Part shown: one piece after another, positions 1-12,629 of the stretch
Position numbering within the stretch: position 1 is the stretch's first letter
Layout: each line of letters begins with the position of its first letter
Origin: Octopus vulgaris
Taxonomy: Eukaryota
Length of the DNA: 64,000 bases
Reading direction: 5' to 3'
Assembly (NCBI GenBank): GCA_951406725.2
Contig: OX597820.1
Span: forward strand, 73,222,001 to 73,286,000
Program-made: the position numbers and the translations under genes
The notes under the pieces: model-generated
Told to the model about the DNA's origin: nothing
Seen by the model: the letters and a program-made list of their open reading frames with translations, nothing else
Databases searched by the model: none

Positions 1-48
1 CAAACCCAAGCAATAAACAAGTGATAATATACGAAATACAATACTTAT

Positions 49-113
49 CCATGTACTGATTCAGTTTCGGCTATTATTATCCGTAAGGATACCTGTAGCC
101 TTCGTCAGCATGG
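49..113 (-). ncRNA. Type I hammerhead ribozyme motif (inverted copy of 355-419)
   Basis: Reverse complement reads CCATG-CTGACGA-A-GGCTA...TAGCC-GAAA-CTGA a TCAG-TA-CATGG. Confidence 0.85.
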
Positions 114-354
114 CCGATATAAATGCAATTTGCTGAAATTTCTACAATTAATTAATTTTATATAAATAAATATGTTCTCTAACCGATAAATTGACTGGTG
201 CTAATTATTAGCTGCAGGCTATTTTCTCCGGGTCTCAACGCGCCAAAAGTAAAGGCATTTGAAAGATACATTCGAATGTAATAGGTTGAACTCCACGCAC
301 ATGATACTCCGGTATCGTTTTTGCATCTAATTCAGCAAATTGCATTTATATCGG

Positions 355-419
355 CCATGCTGACGAAGGCTACAGGTATCCTTACGGATAATAATAGCCG
401 AAACTGATTCAGTACATGG
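355..419 (+). ncRNA. Type I hammerhead ribozyme motif
   Basis: CCATG-CTGACGA-A-GGCTA..(TATCC ttac GGATA)..TAGCC-GAAA-CTGA t TCAG-TA-CATGG. Stems I, II and III all pair; cleavage triplet GUA. Confidence 0.85.
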
Positions 420-683
420 ATAAGTATTGTATTTCGTATATTTTCACTTGTTTATTGCTTGGGTTTGTGTTGAGTTTGATTTGAGAACATAATCTTTTGT
501 GGAGAATGGCGATTTGACGTCTATATCTAGCATGTTGACTGTCCACTTTTCGTGTTCAGTCCTTAATTGGTATATATAAATATTTAATCATCGGATTCTT
601 TTTTTTAATATGCTAGACCACTGGTTTTAATTGATAAATATTGATTTCTACCCTTCATTAATTTTTATATATATATATATATA

Positions 684-848
684 TACGATAGGCTTCTTTC
701 AGTTTCCGTCTACCAAATTCACTCACAAAGCTTTGGTCGGCTCGAGGCTATAGTAGAAGACACTTGCCCAAGGTGCCACACAGTGGAACTGAACCCAGAA
801 CCATGTGACTGGTAAGCAAACTACTTACCACACAGCCACTCCTGCGCC
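684..848 (-). mobile_element. tRNA-derived SINE family A, 5' half
   Basis: Reverse complement GGCGCAGGAGTGGCTGTGTGGTAAG...GGTTCAGTTCCAC...CACCTTGGGCAAGTGTCTT matches many other copies in the window (A/B boxes, CORE-like segment). Confidence 0.85.
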
Positions 849-849
849 C

Positions 850-1033
850 GGCGAGCTAGCAGAAACGTTAGCACGCCGGGCGAAATGAGTAGCCGTATTT
901 CATCTGCCTTTCATCCTTTCGGGGTCGATAAATTAAGTACCAGTTACGCACTGGGGTCGATGTAATCGACTTAATCCGTTTGTCTGTCCTTGTTTGTCCC
1001 TTCTGTGTTTAGCCCCTTGTGGGTAGTAAAGAA

Positions 1034-1035
<2 letters not shown>
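850..1035 (+). mobile_element. tRNA-derived SINE family B (Meta-domain-like), internally deleted
   Basis: GGCGAGCTAGCAGAAACGTTAGC head, GCCTTTCATCCTTTCGGGGTCGATAAATTAAGTACCAG central motif and the family tail. Confidence 0.85.
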
Positions 1036-1069
<34 letters not shown>

Positions 1070-1079
1070 TGTGTGTGTG

Positions 1080-1124
<45 letters not shown>

Positions 1125-1180
1125 TATATATATATACATATATATATGTATGTATGTATGTATTTATGTATGCATGTATG

Positions 1181-1234
<54 letters not shown>

Positions 1235-1331
1235 ATCAGGGTTAGAAAAAGATATAGAAATATTTACTACCAGAAAAAATTAGTCAATATATTCATATAA
1301 ATACACTGTATTTATATGAATTATATATATA

Positions 1332-1379
<48 letters not shown>

Positions 1380-2253
1380 GTAATATATGTATATTTATTA
1401 ACGCACACACACACACGCACACACATTATTTTTTCCGACTCTAAGCGCTCCAAATTTTTAACAATAAAGAAATGAATAGAAGAGTGGATGACTGGGTGAG
1501 AGAAGTCGTTGTTTTCAGTTCATCACATGTTTATTGTAAAAAAAAGATTATATTTGACAAGACGGTCCTTTGAAGAACAACAGAATTCATCAGAAAGTTC
1601 TTTCATGCTGAAATTTGGTTGGAAGAATTGTGTAGATGAGGGAGATGGAGAGAGGGCATGAGAGAGGGTGAGTGGATGAATGGGAATGTCTCCTACTAAA
1701 CAGGTCTTTTATTTTTTAAGTCAGTAGCAATTTCCATAGTGTTGCAGTCTCTTCATACTAACAAAACTAGTTAACAAACGACATCTGATATTGAACATCA
1801 TCTTACTTAACTGCGTCTATTCTCTGCTCTTCTACCAACATTTTGTTTAGTTCTTATAATGGTATTACTTTTTAAGCTCCATAGCAAATCCGATTGGACA
1901 GATCTGCGGGGAAGTCACCAGCTGAAGGTCCAGTAATTATTTGTATAGAATTTTCCGGTCGGAAAAAAATTACTATATTGAATACAAAGTGTAGCCCAGA
2001 TTGACTGCTGTCAAAGTCAACTTGCCTTAAATCCTTTCAGGACCGATAAATAAAATACAATTTTAAGTGCGGTGGCTTGGTGGAATTTGCTTGAGTATTG
2101 GACCGGATGTCTTGCGTGGTACTCTGTTTCGAATCCATGCATTCTTAATTCAAAACCCACCTCTTACCACTAATCTCAGAAGTTAGGACTAACAAAAAGT
2201 ATCAGTAACAGATTAACTAATGGAAACAGTTTTTTTCGACAAGATAGACAATA

Positions 2254-3531
2254 CGAGGGACGTTCAATAAGTAATGCTTCTGACCCACTTGCAGTTGAAA
2301 TTTTGCATGTGCAATTATTTATATCTCTATAGAGTAAGTGGCAAATTACAGCTCTGAATTAATTGTGGTTTCTGATTTACAGGTGTTTGAACCGAGTCAA
2401 GTGTGAAATGGAGCCTGTTGAGTGTCGAGCAGTGATCCGGTTTTTGTATTTGAAAGGACGCACACCACGGGAGACTTTTGATGAAATGAAAGTAACTTAT
2501 GGTGATGATGCCCCATCATATGACCTTGTAAAACGCTGGCGTCGTGAATTCAAACATGGTCGGAACTCTGTGGAAACAGCTCCCAGATCTGGTCGCCCCT
2601 TCTGCCATTGATGAGGCATCTGTCCGTCAAGTTGAGGCTGCCATTTTGGAAGATCGACGTATAATTATTCGCCAAATAGCCCATGAGGTCAAGATTAGTA
2701 CCGGGTCTGTGGAAACTATCATTCATGACCATTTGCATATGCAAAAGGTGTCTGCCAGATGGATTCCCAGGTTGCTCACGCCTTTCCAGAAGCAAGAACG
2801 CGTCGAGTGCTCGAGGGTGAATTTGGAGATGTGCCAAGAAGATGAGTCAACATTTTTCAAAAAAGACTGATTACACAGGATGAAACCTGGGTCCATCACG
2901 ATGATCCAGAGACCAAAGCCCAGTCAATACAGTGGAAGCACCGTGACTCACCCCTCCAAAGAAGGCAAGGGTGCAGCTCTCCGCTGGCAAGGTCATGCTC
3001 ACAGTCTTCTGGGACAAGGACGGAGTAGTGATGACAGATTTCCTGGCAAAGGGTACCACAATTGCAGGAGCCTATTATGCTTCACTTTTGAGGAAATTAA
3101 GAGAAGTTATCAAAATCAAGAGACGGGGCAAGATCAGCAAAGGCAACCTCCTCCTGCACGACAACGCTCCGGTCCACAACTAACTTGTCGCCAGATCAGA
3201 AGCACAGGCGTATGGCTATGAACTCCTCCCCATCCCCCCTACTTTCCTGACCTTGCACCCTCTGATTTTCACCTCTTCCCAATCATGAAGTTGTTTTTGA
3301 AAGGAAAGCGTTTCCCAGATGATGCAGCCTTGATTTCTGAAGTCACGTTGAGGTTGGAGGACCAAGCTGGGTTCTTCTACAAAAACAGTCTCCAGAGCCG
3401 CATCAAACGATGGGAGAAATGCGTAACTCTGGGTGGTTCCTATGTAGAAAAAGACTAATAACTGTGCCAAGTTTCGTTGCTCTACTCCTATGGGAAGTGG
3501 GTCAGGGGCATTAGTTATTGAACGCCCCTCG
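2254..3531 (+). mobile_element. Full-length mariner (DD34D-type, irritans/marine-like) transposon
   Basis: TA target duplication on both sides. ~36-bp TIRs CGAGGGACGTTCAATAAGTAATGC / GCATTAGTTATTGAACGCCCCTCG; length ~1.28 kb. Confidence 0.95.
2408..3458 (+). pseudogene. Mariner transposase pseudogene (several frameshifts and a stop)
   Basis: Across frames: MEPVECRAVIRFLYLKG, RSGRP, VSARWIPRLLT (WVPHEL-like), TQDETWVHH, KVMLTVFWD, LLHDNAPVH, PDLAPSDFHLF. Confidence 0.93.
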
Positions 3532-3649
3532 TACATATTGGAATAGATTCAGCCATTGTCGATAACTGGTGAAATTACGGCCTTGTTAGACTTCTTTAGC
3601 GAAGCATACTCTTGGCAGTTTGCAAGGCACACACACACACACACATGTA

Positions 3650-3687
<38 letters not shown>

Positions 3688-3689
<2 letters not shown>

Positions 3690-3868
3690 CGCAGGAGTGG
3701 CTCTAGGTGCAGGAGTGGCTGTGTGGAATATAGCTTGCTTACCAGCCACATGGTCCTGGGTTCAGTCCCACTGCGTGGCACCATAGGCAAGTTTCTTCTA
3801 CTATAGCCTCGGGCCGACTAAAGCCTTTTGAGTAGACTTGGTAGACGAAAACTGAAAGAAGCCCGTCG

Positions 3869-3870
<2 letters not shown>
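3688..3870 (+). mobile_element. SINE family A, 5' half with duplicated first 17 nt
   Basis: GGCGCAGGAGTGGCT-CT-AGGTGCAGGAGTGGCTGTGTGG...GAAAGAAGCCCGTCGTATA followed by (TA)n(TG)n. Confidence 0.85.
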
Positions 3871-3900
<30 letters not shown>

Positions 3901-4198
3901 CTTTTATTTATGCATAATTCGTTTTTCGGAACGTCGTTTCTCGAAGCCCAGCACATAGATAATAGCAAATAAATATTGGATAGAAAAAGTAGAAGACTAC
4001 CCGGGGACTCGAACGCACTTCTGTACTCATGACAGGTGTTCTACCATTGGACCAAAACAAACCTTCGAATTTATTTTGGATATCTTATTTTTACCAGCGA
4101 GAATTGTGTGTTGTTGACGTCATAAGAATTTTATAAATTTCTTACGACGTCAACAATATACACACCATGCACACTCACATACACATATGCATACATAG

Positions 4199-4234
<36 letters not shown>

Positions 4235-4343
4235 TTGTATATGGTGTGTAGTGAATTTATGGAAAGACATCCCATAAAACTCAACAATTTTGATAAAAAT
4301 GGAGAAGAAAAGATGTTAAAATATATGAGAGAATTTTAATTCA

Positions 4344-4460
4344 TGCAGGCGATCGTTTCGTACAGCAGCGATATAAAAATCATGCAAAATCATGGTTGAA
4401 TAGAATTAATTAAATTAGAATAAATTAAATTGATTATGAATCACTGTACTCTTCAGTGCA
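4344..4460 (-). ncRNA. Type I hammerhead motif with long stem-II insertion; cleavage triplet mutated (GCC)
   Basis: Minus strand TGCA-CTGAAGA-GTACAG-(~85 nt)-CTGTAC-GAAA-CGATCG-CC-TGCA. Lies near the end of a strongly strand-biased ~1.3-kb segment (about 4240-5500), probably a PLE-derived UTR. Confidence 0.7.
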
Positions 4461-5606
4461 AGAAGTATGAACAAAATTTTTACAAGCGACTTGAGAAAGG
4501 AAAAAGCAGAATAGGATCTAGGAGATTCATATTTATCCTTATGAGAAAGAAAGATATATGTGGTTCTAGTTAGGTGTTAATTAAAACTAAAGGCTATAAC
4601 GGTTATTTGAAAATATAAGTGGTAGAGGTTTTAGAGACGGTCCCTCTGTAGATGAGTAAGGAGATTAGAAATTCTAATTCCAAATAAGTCGTGTAGGGAA
4701 AAGATTGTATAGAAATATCCAATGGAAAGGCATGGTTATATTTGAATTAAGATATGAACTGACAGTTAGAAACAATATTTAGTGTGGTGTATATCTTAAA
4801 AAAACTTTTAATACATGAGAATGAAGTTAAACTAGAGGAGATAGTGTATAATGAGCTAGTGGATTGTTAACATAAACAATGTTATAGAAGTGAAAATGGA
4901 TTAAAGAGAGAATAAGATTCGTAAAATGGACAAGTGTTTGCATAACAACTAATATTCGTTTGCATGTATTAAATATAAGGTAGAAAAATAAGTAAATACA
5001 GAGAAATAGTTGTTGATATTACAATTAGATAGTAAATACTTGCTGTGGCTATAAAGATGAAAAAAGAGCGCTCAGGGATGTATTATTGGATGTAGGGATG
5101 TGGATAAATAACAAAGTAGCGGAGATAAATGGGCTGGTAATATAAAATAGAGAAAAGAGGGTTTAATTTATATGTATTTATATATAACTATGTTTAAGTA
5201 TAAATAAAAATATGAGGTAAGGAACTAGCTTGGCATAATGTGAGAGGGATATATAGAGTGGTATTAAGTTTATATTAATATTCAAGTCATAGAAGAGTAT
5301 TGTGTATTATGAATATAAGAGAATTTACGAGTTTAGGGCTGCATATAAGTATGCAAAAATAATTTAGACATAATGTCCTATAAAAACATATAAGGAAAAA
5401 ATTGTTACTATATTTACTTATACGTGAGTAGAGGAATACCAGCGCATTAGCATCCATATATATAGGAATTCCAGTTGCTTTTTTATTAGGGAATACATAA
5501 AGGAAGGAACATCGTATACACGTATATATACTCATACCGGTGCAAAGAGAGAAAAAAGGCACACGCATATAGATATAAGTACAGACACATATTAAAAAAA
5601 TAGTAG

Positions 5607-5647
<41 letters not shown>

Positions 5648-5750
5648 CTGTGTGCGTATGCGAAACATACGTATATGCGCACATTGTTTTTATCTCAATT
5701 TCTCCTACATGTGCTCTATGTATTATAACTAGTAATGTTGCTACTAAGTA

Positions 5751-6009
5751 CCTCCCTTCCTTGCGCCCTTTTAAAGCCTAGCCAGGCTCATAGGCTCGGT
5801 TTCTCGGTTTCTATGGCGTATGTGTTCCTCAGCTGGACGGGATGCCAGTCCATCGCAGCGTTACTCATTTTTTCCAGCTGAGTAGACTGGAGCAACGTGA
5901 AATGAAGTGTTTTACTCAAGAACACAACGCGTCGCCCGATCCAGGAATCGAAACCACAATCTTACGATCATGATGCTGGCATCCTAACCACTAAGCCACG
6001 AGCCTCCAC
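5751..6009 (-). mobile_element. tRNA-derived SINE family C
   Basis: Minus strand GTGGAGGCTCGTGGCTTAGTGGTTAGG (A box)...GGTTTCGATTCC (B box)...GTTGTGTTCTTGAGTAAAACACTTCATTTCACGTTGCTCCAG. Degenerate TSD GCTACTAAGTA/GCTACCAAGCA. Confidence 0.85.
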
Positions 6010-7106
6010 GCTACCAAGCACAGTAGTTACTTAACCACTATACTGAGACCAAACTGGATGATGATAACCTATGTGGAGATCTAAACTGAACAATGAGAAT
6101 CCTACATCTATTTGTACACTCTGTGTGTGTGTGTGTATGTGTGCACGCACACACACACACACACACACACATTTCTCGCCTTTATATTGCAAATATCGAC
6201 AATAGTATACATGTTACCAAGTGTCTGTTCGCACATATTATGCTGACTTAACATTAATATACGTATTGGACATTTTCATTCACTCCTTCATTTATTCATA
6301 AATGTGAAGAACATTCCAGTATTTTCTAGGAAACTATATATATATATATATACATACATACATACATATATAAATATAAATATATATTATATATATTTAT
6401 ATATATAGTGTTACTGAATAACAAATAGGGAATGCAAAGTGTGGCAAACACAAAGCTGAATCGATTTTTGTACGACTGAGCTAGTACTTTCTGAAATGTT
6501 TTATTTGGGCCATTTAATACGAAGTAAAGACAGTAAGTACCATTGTTTTCACAACTTTTGAGGTAACGTGTTTATGTATGCTGCAAAACGGAAATAAATA
6601 ATCAAGGAAAACACTTCAAAGGCATTTTAATAATTTATTATGCTTATACATGAAAGAAATCAATAAAACGTAAGAAATCAATAATTTATTATGCTTATAC
6701 TTTTTCAGAACGATTTGCTAAGTTTCAACCCATCTAGCTGCGGAAATAAAGGTATCCATACTTAAATGATAAAAATTATATGTAACTAATGTGTAAGTTG
6801 TTTCGTCAGCAATATTCGTCAAAGTCAGCACTAAGTTGAAGGTCATAAAAACCATTAATCTCTGTTCTTATATCGATTTTTTTTGTTTTTCAAGTGCTAC
6901 CAATAGTTCAATGGGCAACACCTTATCCTTTTAGGATTTAGTTTGACATTTTTATAACCGCTTCTGTACACGTAACACATTCTATAAAACAATGCACTTC
7001 TAATGCAGTGCCTCGCGATCATTTTTTACCTATGAACCCTCTTTGGTTCATATTTTCTCCAGATGGTGTCTCAAAACCATTCGATGTTTTAAAAAATTAT
7101 ATCATA

Positions 7107-7418
7107 GGCGCAGGACTGGCTGTGTGGTAAGTAGCTTGCTTACCAACCACATAGTTCCGGGTTCAGTCCCACTGCGTGGCACTTTGGGAAGGTGTCTTCT
7201 ATTATAGTCTCGGGCCGACCAAAGCCTTGTGAGTGGATTTGGTAGACGGAAACTGAAAGAAGCTCGTCGTATATATGTATATACATGTATGTGTGTGTGT
7301 GTGTGTCTGTGTTTGTCCGCCCAACATCGTTTGACAACCGATGCTGGTGTGTTTACGTCCCCGTTACTTAGCGGTTCGACAAAAGAGACCGATAGAATAA
7401 GTACTAGGCTTACAAGAA
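7107..7418 (+). mobile_element. SINE family A (3' truncated)
   Basis: Head, internal (TA)(TG) microsatellite and body ...GATAGAATAAGTACTAGGCTTACAAGAAT. Confidence 0.88.
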
Positions 7419-7986
7419 TGAGTTTCCACGTGGGGCTGGCATATGAGATTTTCCGATCTTCTGCCATACTTAATGGAATTAGAGTGAAACGGAGTACTGT
7501 ACAGATTCCTTATAGAGTATACCTGCTGAGTATACCTGCAAGTAGAAGTATCCTCTGTAGAATATCTTCACTTTATTATTTTACCTTTTACCTTTTATTT
7601 GGATGAGTATTGGACTGCAGCCAAGCTGGGACACCACCTTAAAGGGTTTCAACCGAACAGAACGATTTCCGTGCTGTTGTTTTATTAATGTCTAATTCTA
7701 TTAGTGTCTAATTCTATTAATGTCTTTTAGCAACGTAAACAAATCATCCTCGGTTGTCAAGTACTTGGAAAATGAACAGAAGCACTTGCACACGCGCGCG
7801 CGCAAACAAACAAAGCGGTTTTCTTTTGATTTTCGTCTTCCAAATCCATCCATTCAGAAGGCTTTGGTAGGCCTGGGGTTATAGTAGAAGACACTTGCTC
7901 AAGGTGACACGCTGTGAGGCTAGACTGAACCCGAACCTGGGGAGCATTCGTGTCTGAATCATTTGTTCTTTAAAACAGAAATATGA

Positions 7987-8325
7987 AGGCGGTGAGCAGG
8001 CAGAATCGTTAGCAGCCCGGGCGAAATGCTTAGCAGTATTTCGTCTACTGTTACGTTCTGAGTTCAAATTCCACCGAGGTCGACTTTGCCTTTCATCTCT
8101 TCGGGGTCGATAAATTAAGTACCAGTTACGCCGGGCGAAATGCTTAGCAGTATTTCGTCTACTGTTACATTCTAAGTTCAAATTCCACCGAAGTCGACTT
8201 TGCCTTTCATCTCCTCGGGGTCGATAAATTAAGTACCAGTTACGCACTGGTGTCGAATTAATCCCTTTGTCTGTCCTTGTTTGTCCCTTCTATGTTTAGA
8301 CCCTTGTGGTCAATGAAGAAATAAG
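7987..8325 (+). mobile_element. SINE family B with internal tandem duplication
   Basis: Head plus two consecutive copies of CCGGGCGAAATGC...AAGTACCAGTTACG, then tail. Confidence 0.88.
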
Positions 8326-8716
8326 AAATATATTATGGTAGATACTGGAAAGATTGAAAAGGGGCATTCTGTAAATTTGTGCAAGAAAAGCGACAAAAGG
8401 TCATAATTTGGAGAAGGCAAGATCACAACCTCTAAATGGCACAAATGACGAAAAGCAACAAGTCGTTTTAATAAAGGCATTCATGATTCAAACTCATGTC
8501 ACAACAAACCCCAAACTTCAAGGAAATATTTCGAATGTAAGACAAATAGAGATGCTTGCTGTTAATGATTGTATCATCTAAAATGAATATAGAGCGATTG
8601 TGAAATGAAGCATCTGAAATTATGAGAGCTTTGGGGATTTGTGTACATTTATGATAATATTCCTGTACTTCTAATTGAGATGGCGTGTCATGGATTTGTA
8701 GCTAGATTCACAGTTT

Positions 8717-9133
8717 AAGGCGGCGAGCTGGCAGAAACGTTAGCACACCGGGCGAAATGCTTAGCGGTGTTTCGTCTGCCGTTACGTTCTGAATTCAAAT
8801 TCCGCCGAGGTCGACTTTGCCTATCATCCTTTCGGGGTCGATTAAATAAGTACCAGTTACACACTAGGGTCGATATAATCGACTTAATCCGTTTGTCTGT
8901 CCTTGTTTGTCCTCTCTGTGTTTAGCCCCTTGTGGGTAGTAAAGAAATACGTATTTCGTCTGCCGTTACGTTCTGAGTTCAAATTCCGCTGAGGTCGACT
9001 TTGCCTTTCATCCTTTCGGGGTCGATTAAATAAGTACCAGTTACACACTAGGGTCGATATAATCGACTTAATCCGTTTGTCTGTCCTTGTTTGTTCCCTC
9101 TATGTTTAGCCCCTTGTGGGCAATAAAGAAATA
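8717..9133 (+). mobile_element. SINE family B, dimeric, with 13-bp TSD
   Basis: Flanked by AGATTCACAGTTT at 8704-8716 and 9134-9146; body and tail are repeated twice. Confidence 0.92.
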
Positions 9134-9171
9134 AGATTCACAGTTTGTTCCAAGTAGCTGGTGTGGAAGTT

Positions 9172-9328
9172 AAGAAAGAGAGCAGAGCATGGATTAAGGA
9201 AGTTAAGAGAAACAGTGAACTTTACAACGTGGAAATGAAACAGATATTTTAAGAAAGAGAGCAGAGCATGGATTAAGGAAGTTAAGAGAAACTGAACTTT
9301 ACAACGTGGAAATGAAACAGATATTTGA
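9172..9328. repeat. ~78-bp tandem duplication (2 copies)
   Basis: AAGAAAGAGAGCAGAGCATGGATTAAGGAAGTTAAGAGAAAC...GTGGAAATGAAACAGATATTT occurs twice head-to-tail. Confidence 0.9.
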
Positions 9329-11058
9329 AGAAACGGTTTAAGGCAAGAGTAAAAAAGAAAAATAATATGTCTTTAGCTACAGGAAAAAAAATGAAGTAGT
9401 TATTGCATGTTTACGCTGGTTGCTTCTGCCACTGGTTTGATGTGGATATTTTATGGGGATGAGAGACAGAAACATTAGCAAAAAGAGCGATTTTTAATGC
9501 GTGTCAGAATATGAACATCCACTGGTGGCAGGGATGTTCTTTGGCATTTGTTGGGAGATTTTGAATTCGATTTCCAGACGACAAGTGATGAAGTGGGTGT
9601 CTCACGGCTCAATATTATGTGTACAAGATATAAATATATGCGAGCATGTGTGTGAATGTATATGTGCATGTGCGCGTGTGTGAATGCATGTGTGTGTATG
9701 TGTGTGTGTGTGTGTGTGTGAATGTATGCGTGTGTATGTACGTGTCTGTGTGGGTGTGTCAGTGTGTGTGGGGGAATATATGCGTGTGTATGTACATGTG
9801 CGCGTGCGCGTGTGTGAGCGCATGTGTGTGTATATGCGTGTGTGAATGTATGTGTGTGTATATATACGTGCATGTATGGGTGTGTCAGTGTGTGTGTGTG
9901 TGTGAATATATGCGTGTGTATGTACATGTGTGTGTATGTTCGTGTGCGCGTGCGCGTGTGTGAGCGCATGTGTGTGTATATGCGTGTGTAAATGTATATG
10001 TGTGTGTATATATACGTGTATGTATGGCTGTGTCAGTGTGTGTGTGTGTGTGTGAATATGTGCGTGTGTATGTACATGTGTGTGTGTATGTGCGTGTCTA
10101 CGTTATTATGATGTAAATGATGTGAGAGTGGCGAGGTGGTACAACTGTTAGAGCGTCGGACAAAACGCTTAACAACATTTTTTTCCGATTCTTTACGCTG
10201 TGAGTTCAAACGCTATCGAGGTCGACTTTGCTCTACATTCTCAGGATCGATGTAATGAGTCCCAGTTGAACACTAGGATCATCGAGATCCTAGAACACTA
10301 GGGTCATCGAGATCCTAGAATACTAGGGTCATCGAGATCCCCTCCCCTCAAAATTTCTGGTCTTATACCAAAATTGGAAAGAATGATAATGGCGTAAATA
10401 TAGTTGTTGCTACGGTTATTGTCATTCCACATGTTGTTAATCATAACTCACTGTGTCTATTTTATTTTATTTTATTTTATTTTATTTTATTTATATTCTT
10501 CTTCCTCCCTGGTGTTCAACGTTTTCACTCAGAATGGAATATGAACAATTTCTTGCCTTCAAATTTTTGGTTGGACAAAAATTAATGATCGACAACAAAT
10601 TATAACTTTGAGTGACATTCATTTAGTTTTATGTATTTATTTTTTCCACCACAAATCGATAATCTGGTACTGTACACACAGCAATATTAATTTAACGTTT
10701 AAATGCGGGAGCCTGTCAGTGAATTAGACATTTCAAATAAAATAAGAAAGAAAAGACATGTCGAAATGAAACTTGATAAATTCACTAGTCAATTAATATC
10801 TCATGGCAATTAATATTTCATGTTGTATGGCCGTTACAGCATCTCATTTTCCGTTCTTTATTGGGTAGGAAATGTGATATTGCAACGATAATTCCGGTAA
10901 AAAGATCTTATGTCGAGGGAAACAAATTAATATTATTTAACATTTGTAAAATATTTTAACAATTCCATTTTCCAATTTTAACTTAACACAGAAATAAAAT
11001 AGCAACAACAGCAATTGCAAGAGCTGATTAGACTGAAACTGTACATTAAAGTGTACAT

Positions 11059-11472
11059 AGGCGCAGGAGCGGCTGTGTGGTAAGTATCTTGTTTACCAGC
11101 CACATGGTTCCGGGTTCAGTCCCACTGCGTGGCACCTTGGGCAAGCGTCTTCTACTATAGCCTCGGGCCGACCAAAGCCTTGTGAGTGGATTTGGTAGAC
11201 GGAAACTGAAAGAAGCCTGTCGTATATATGTATATATATATATGCGAGTGTGTGTTTGTGTGTCTGTGTTTGTCCCCCTAACATCGCTTGACAACCGATG
11301 CTGGTGTATTTATGTCCCCGTTACTTAGCGGTTCGGCAAAAGAGACCGATAGAATAAGTACTGGGCTTACAAAAGAATAAGACCCGGGGTCGAGTTGCTC
11401 GATTAAAGGCGGTGTTCCAGCATGGCCACAGTCAAATAACTGAAACAAGTAAAAGAGTAAAAGAGAGTAAAG
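11059..11472 (+). mobile_element. SINE family A, full length
   Basis: GGCGCAGGAGCGGCTGTGTGG head through CAGCATGGCCACAGTCAAATAACTGAAACAAGTAAAAGAGTAAAAGA tail. Confidence 0.92.
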
Positions 11473-11831
11473 TGTCTTTGAATATCATATTTTTAAACTG
11501 TGTGTGGGCAGTGAAGCATTAATAAATTATAAAGCTGTGTTTTCCAGCCTATTTCCCCCAAGGGCCCAATTGGAACTTTCCATAAAAAGTCTATGCCCCA
11601 CCGGTGACTGGAAAACAGTATACGCGTAGTATGTTTGCTGTGAAAAAAGATTTTTACAATTTTACATCCCACTAAAAGAAAAACAGAAAAAAATTTGGAT
11701 CCCATGCCCCACCACAATTTTCGCAGGTACCAACGGTGGGGCGTGTGCCCCACGTTGGGAATCATTGTTAAAAAGCCTCCAGTGAACCGAGTCTAGTGCG
11801 TGATGGTATGGTAGCTATTTACACTAAAAAA

Positions 11832-12081
11832 TGTTCCTTCTCGAGCCATGCCAGGCTCATAAGAGCCGGTTTCCCGGTTTCAATGTCGTATATATATTCC
11901 CCACGTGGACGGGACGCCGATCCGTCGCAGGACTACGAATTTTTGCCAGCTTAGTGGACTGGAGCAACGTGAAAATGAAGTGTTTTCCTCAAGAACACAA
12001 CGCATCGCCCGGTCCAGGAATGGAAACCACAACCTTACGATCATGAGTTCAACACTCTAACCACTAAACCACACGCCTCCA
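11832..12081 (-). mobile_element. SINE family C
   Basis: Homologous to 5751-6009; flanks TTACACTAAAA/TTACACCAAAA. Confidence 0.85.
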
Positions 12082-12277
12082 CAGTTACACCAAAAGCTAT
12101 GAGTAATATATAGACATCGATCTGCTAAAATAGCAGGTAAATCCCCTCTTTTTCACACTCCTAACACCTTATAAAAAGGGTTAGGGCATAATAATATCTT
12201 TATATTTTATCTTTTATTTGTTTCAGTGAAATGACCTTGGCCATACTGAGGCACCGGCCGGCTGCAAGGGTTTAATC

Positions 12278-12629
12278 AAGAGGTTCTCAAACTTTTGGGG
12301 TCACTGCCCCGCCCATGGCAACATGATATCCTCAGCGCCCCACCCCTATGTATAAATAAATATTTTATATTTTACTAATTTATATATATTTTGAATCATT
12401 TGATATTTAATATAATATTATATAATTTATATACAATACTATAATAATGTAATGAATTTATAGCGTCCTCCAATTCACTGCCTTCCTTCCAATGCCTCCT
12501 TTTTCTCTACAGCCCCACCCCCGCCACACCACCCCCTTAGGCACCAGCGCCCACCTGGACCGTCTCAATGCCCACCGAGGTGCGGTAGCGCCCACCGGGG
12601 TGCGGTAGCGCCCACTTTGAGAACCTATG
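12278..12629. mobile_element. hAT-like MITE nested in a degenerate SINE A tail
   Basis: Ends AAGAGGTTCTCAAA / TTTGAGAACCTATG; 8-bp TSD GTTTAATC/GTTTAGTC; subterminal GCGCCCAC repeats. Confidence 0.7.

Larger units (their letters stand above)
1..665 (+). mobile_element. Penelope-like element 3' remnant (pseudo-LTR) with inverted terminal duplication
   Basis: 1-137 is a near-perfect reverse complement of 331-467. Both arms carry a hammerhead motif and the unit ends in (TA)n. The left end is cut off by the window edge. Confidence 0.7.

Noticed and set aside
7102-7606. Recurrent ORFs such as 'LPKVPRSGTEPGTMWLVSK' and 'RNWYLIYRP'
   Set aside because: These recur because they are chance translations of SINE copies.
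8718-8810. Possible tRNA genes at SINE heads
   Set aside because: A/B boxes are present but run directly into SINE bodies with no clean cloverleaf; treated as SINEs.
10268-10340. Three ~24-bp repeats, superficially CRISPR-like
   Set aside because: No spacers, eukaryotic context; local slippage inside a degenerate SINE B.
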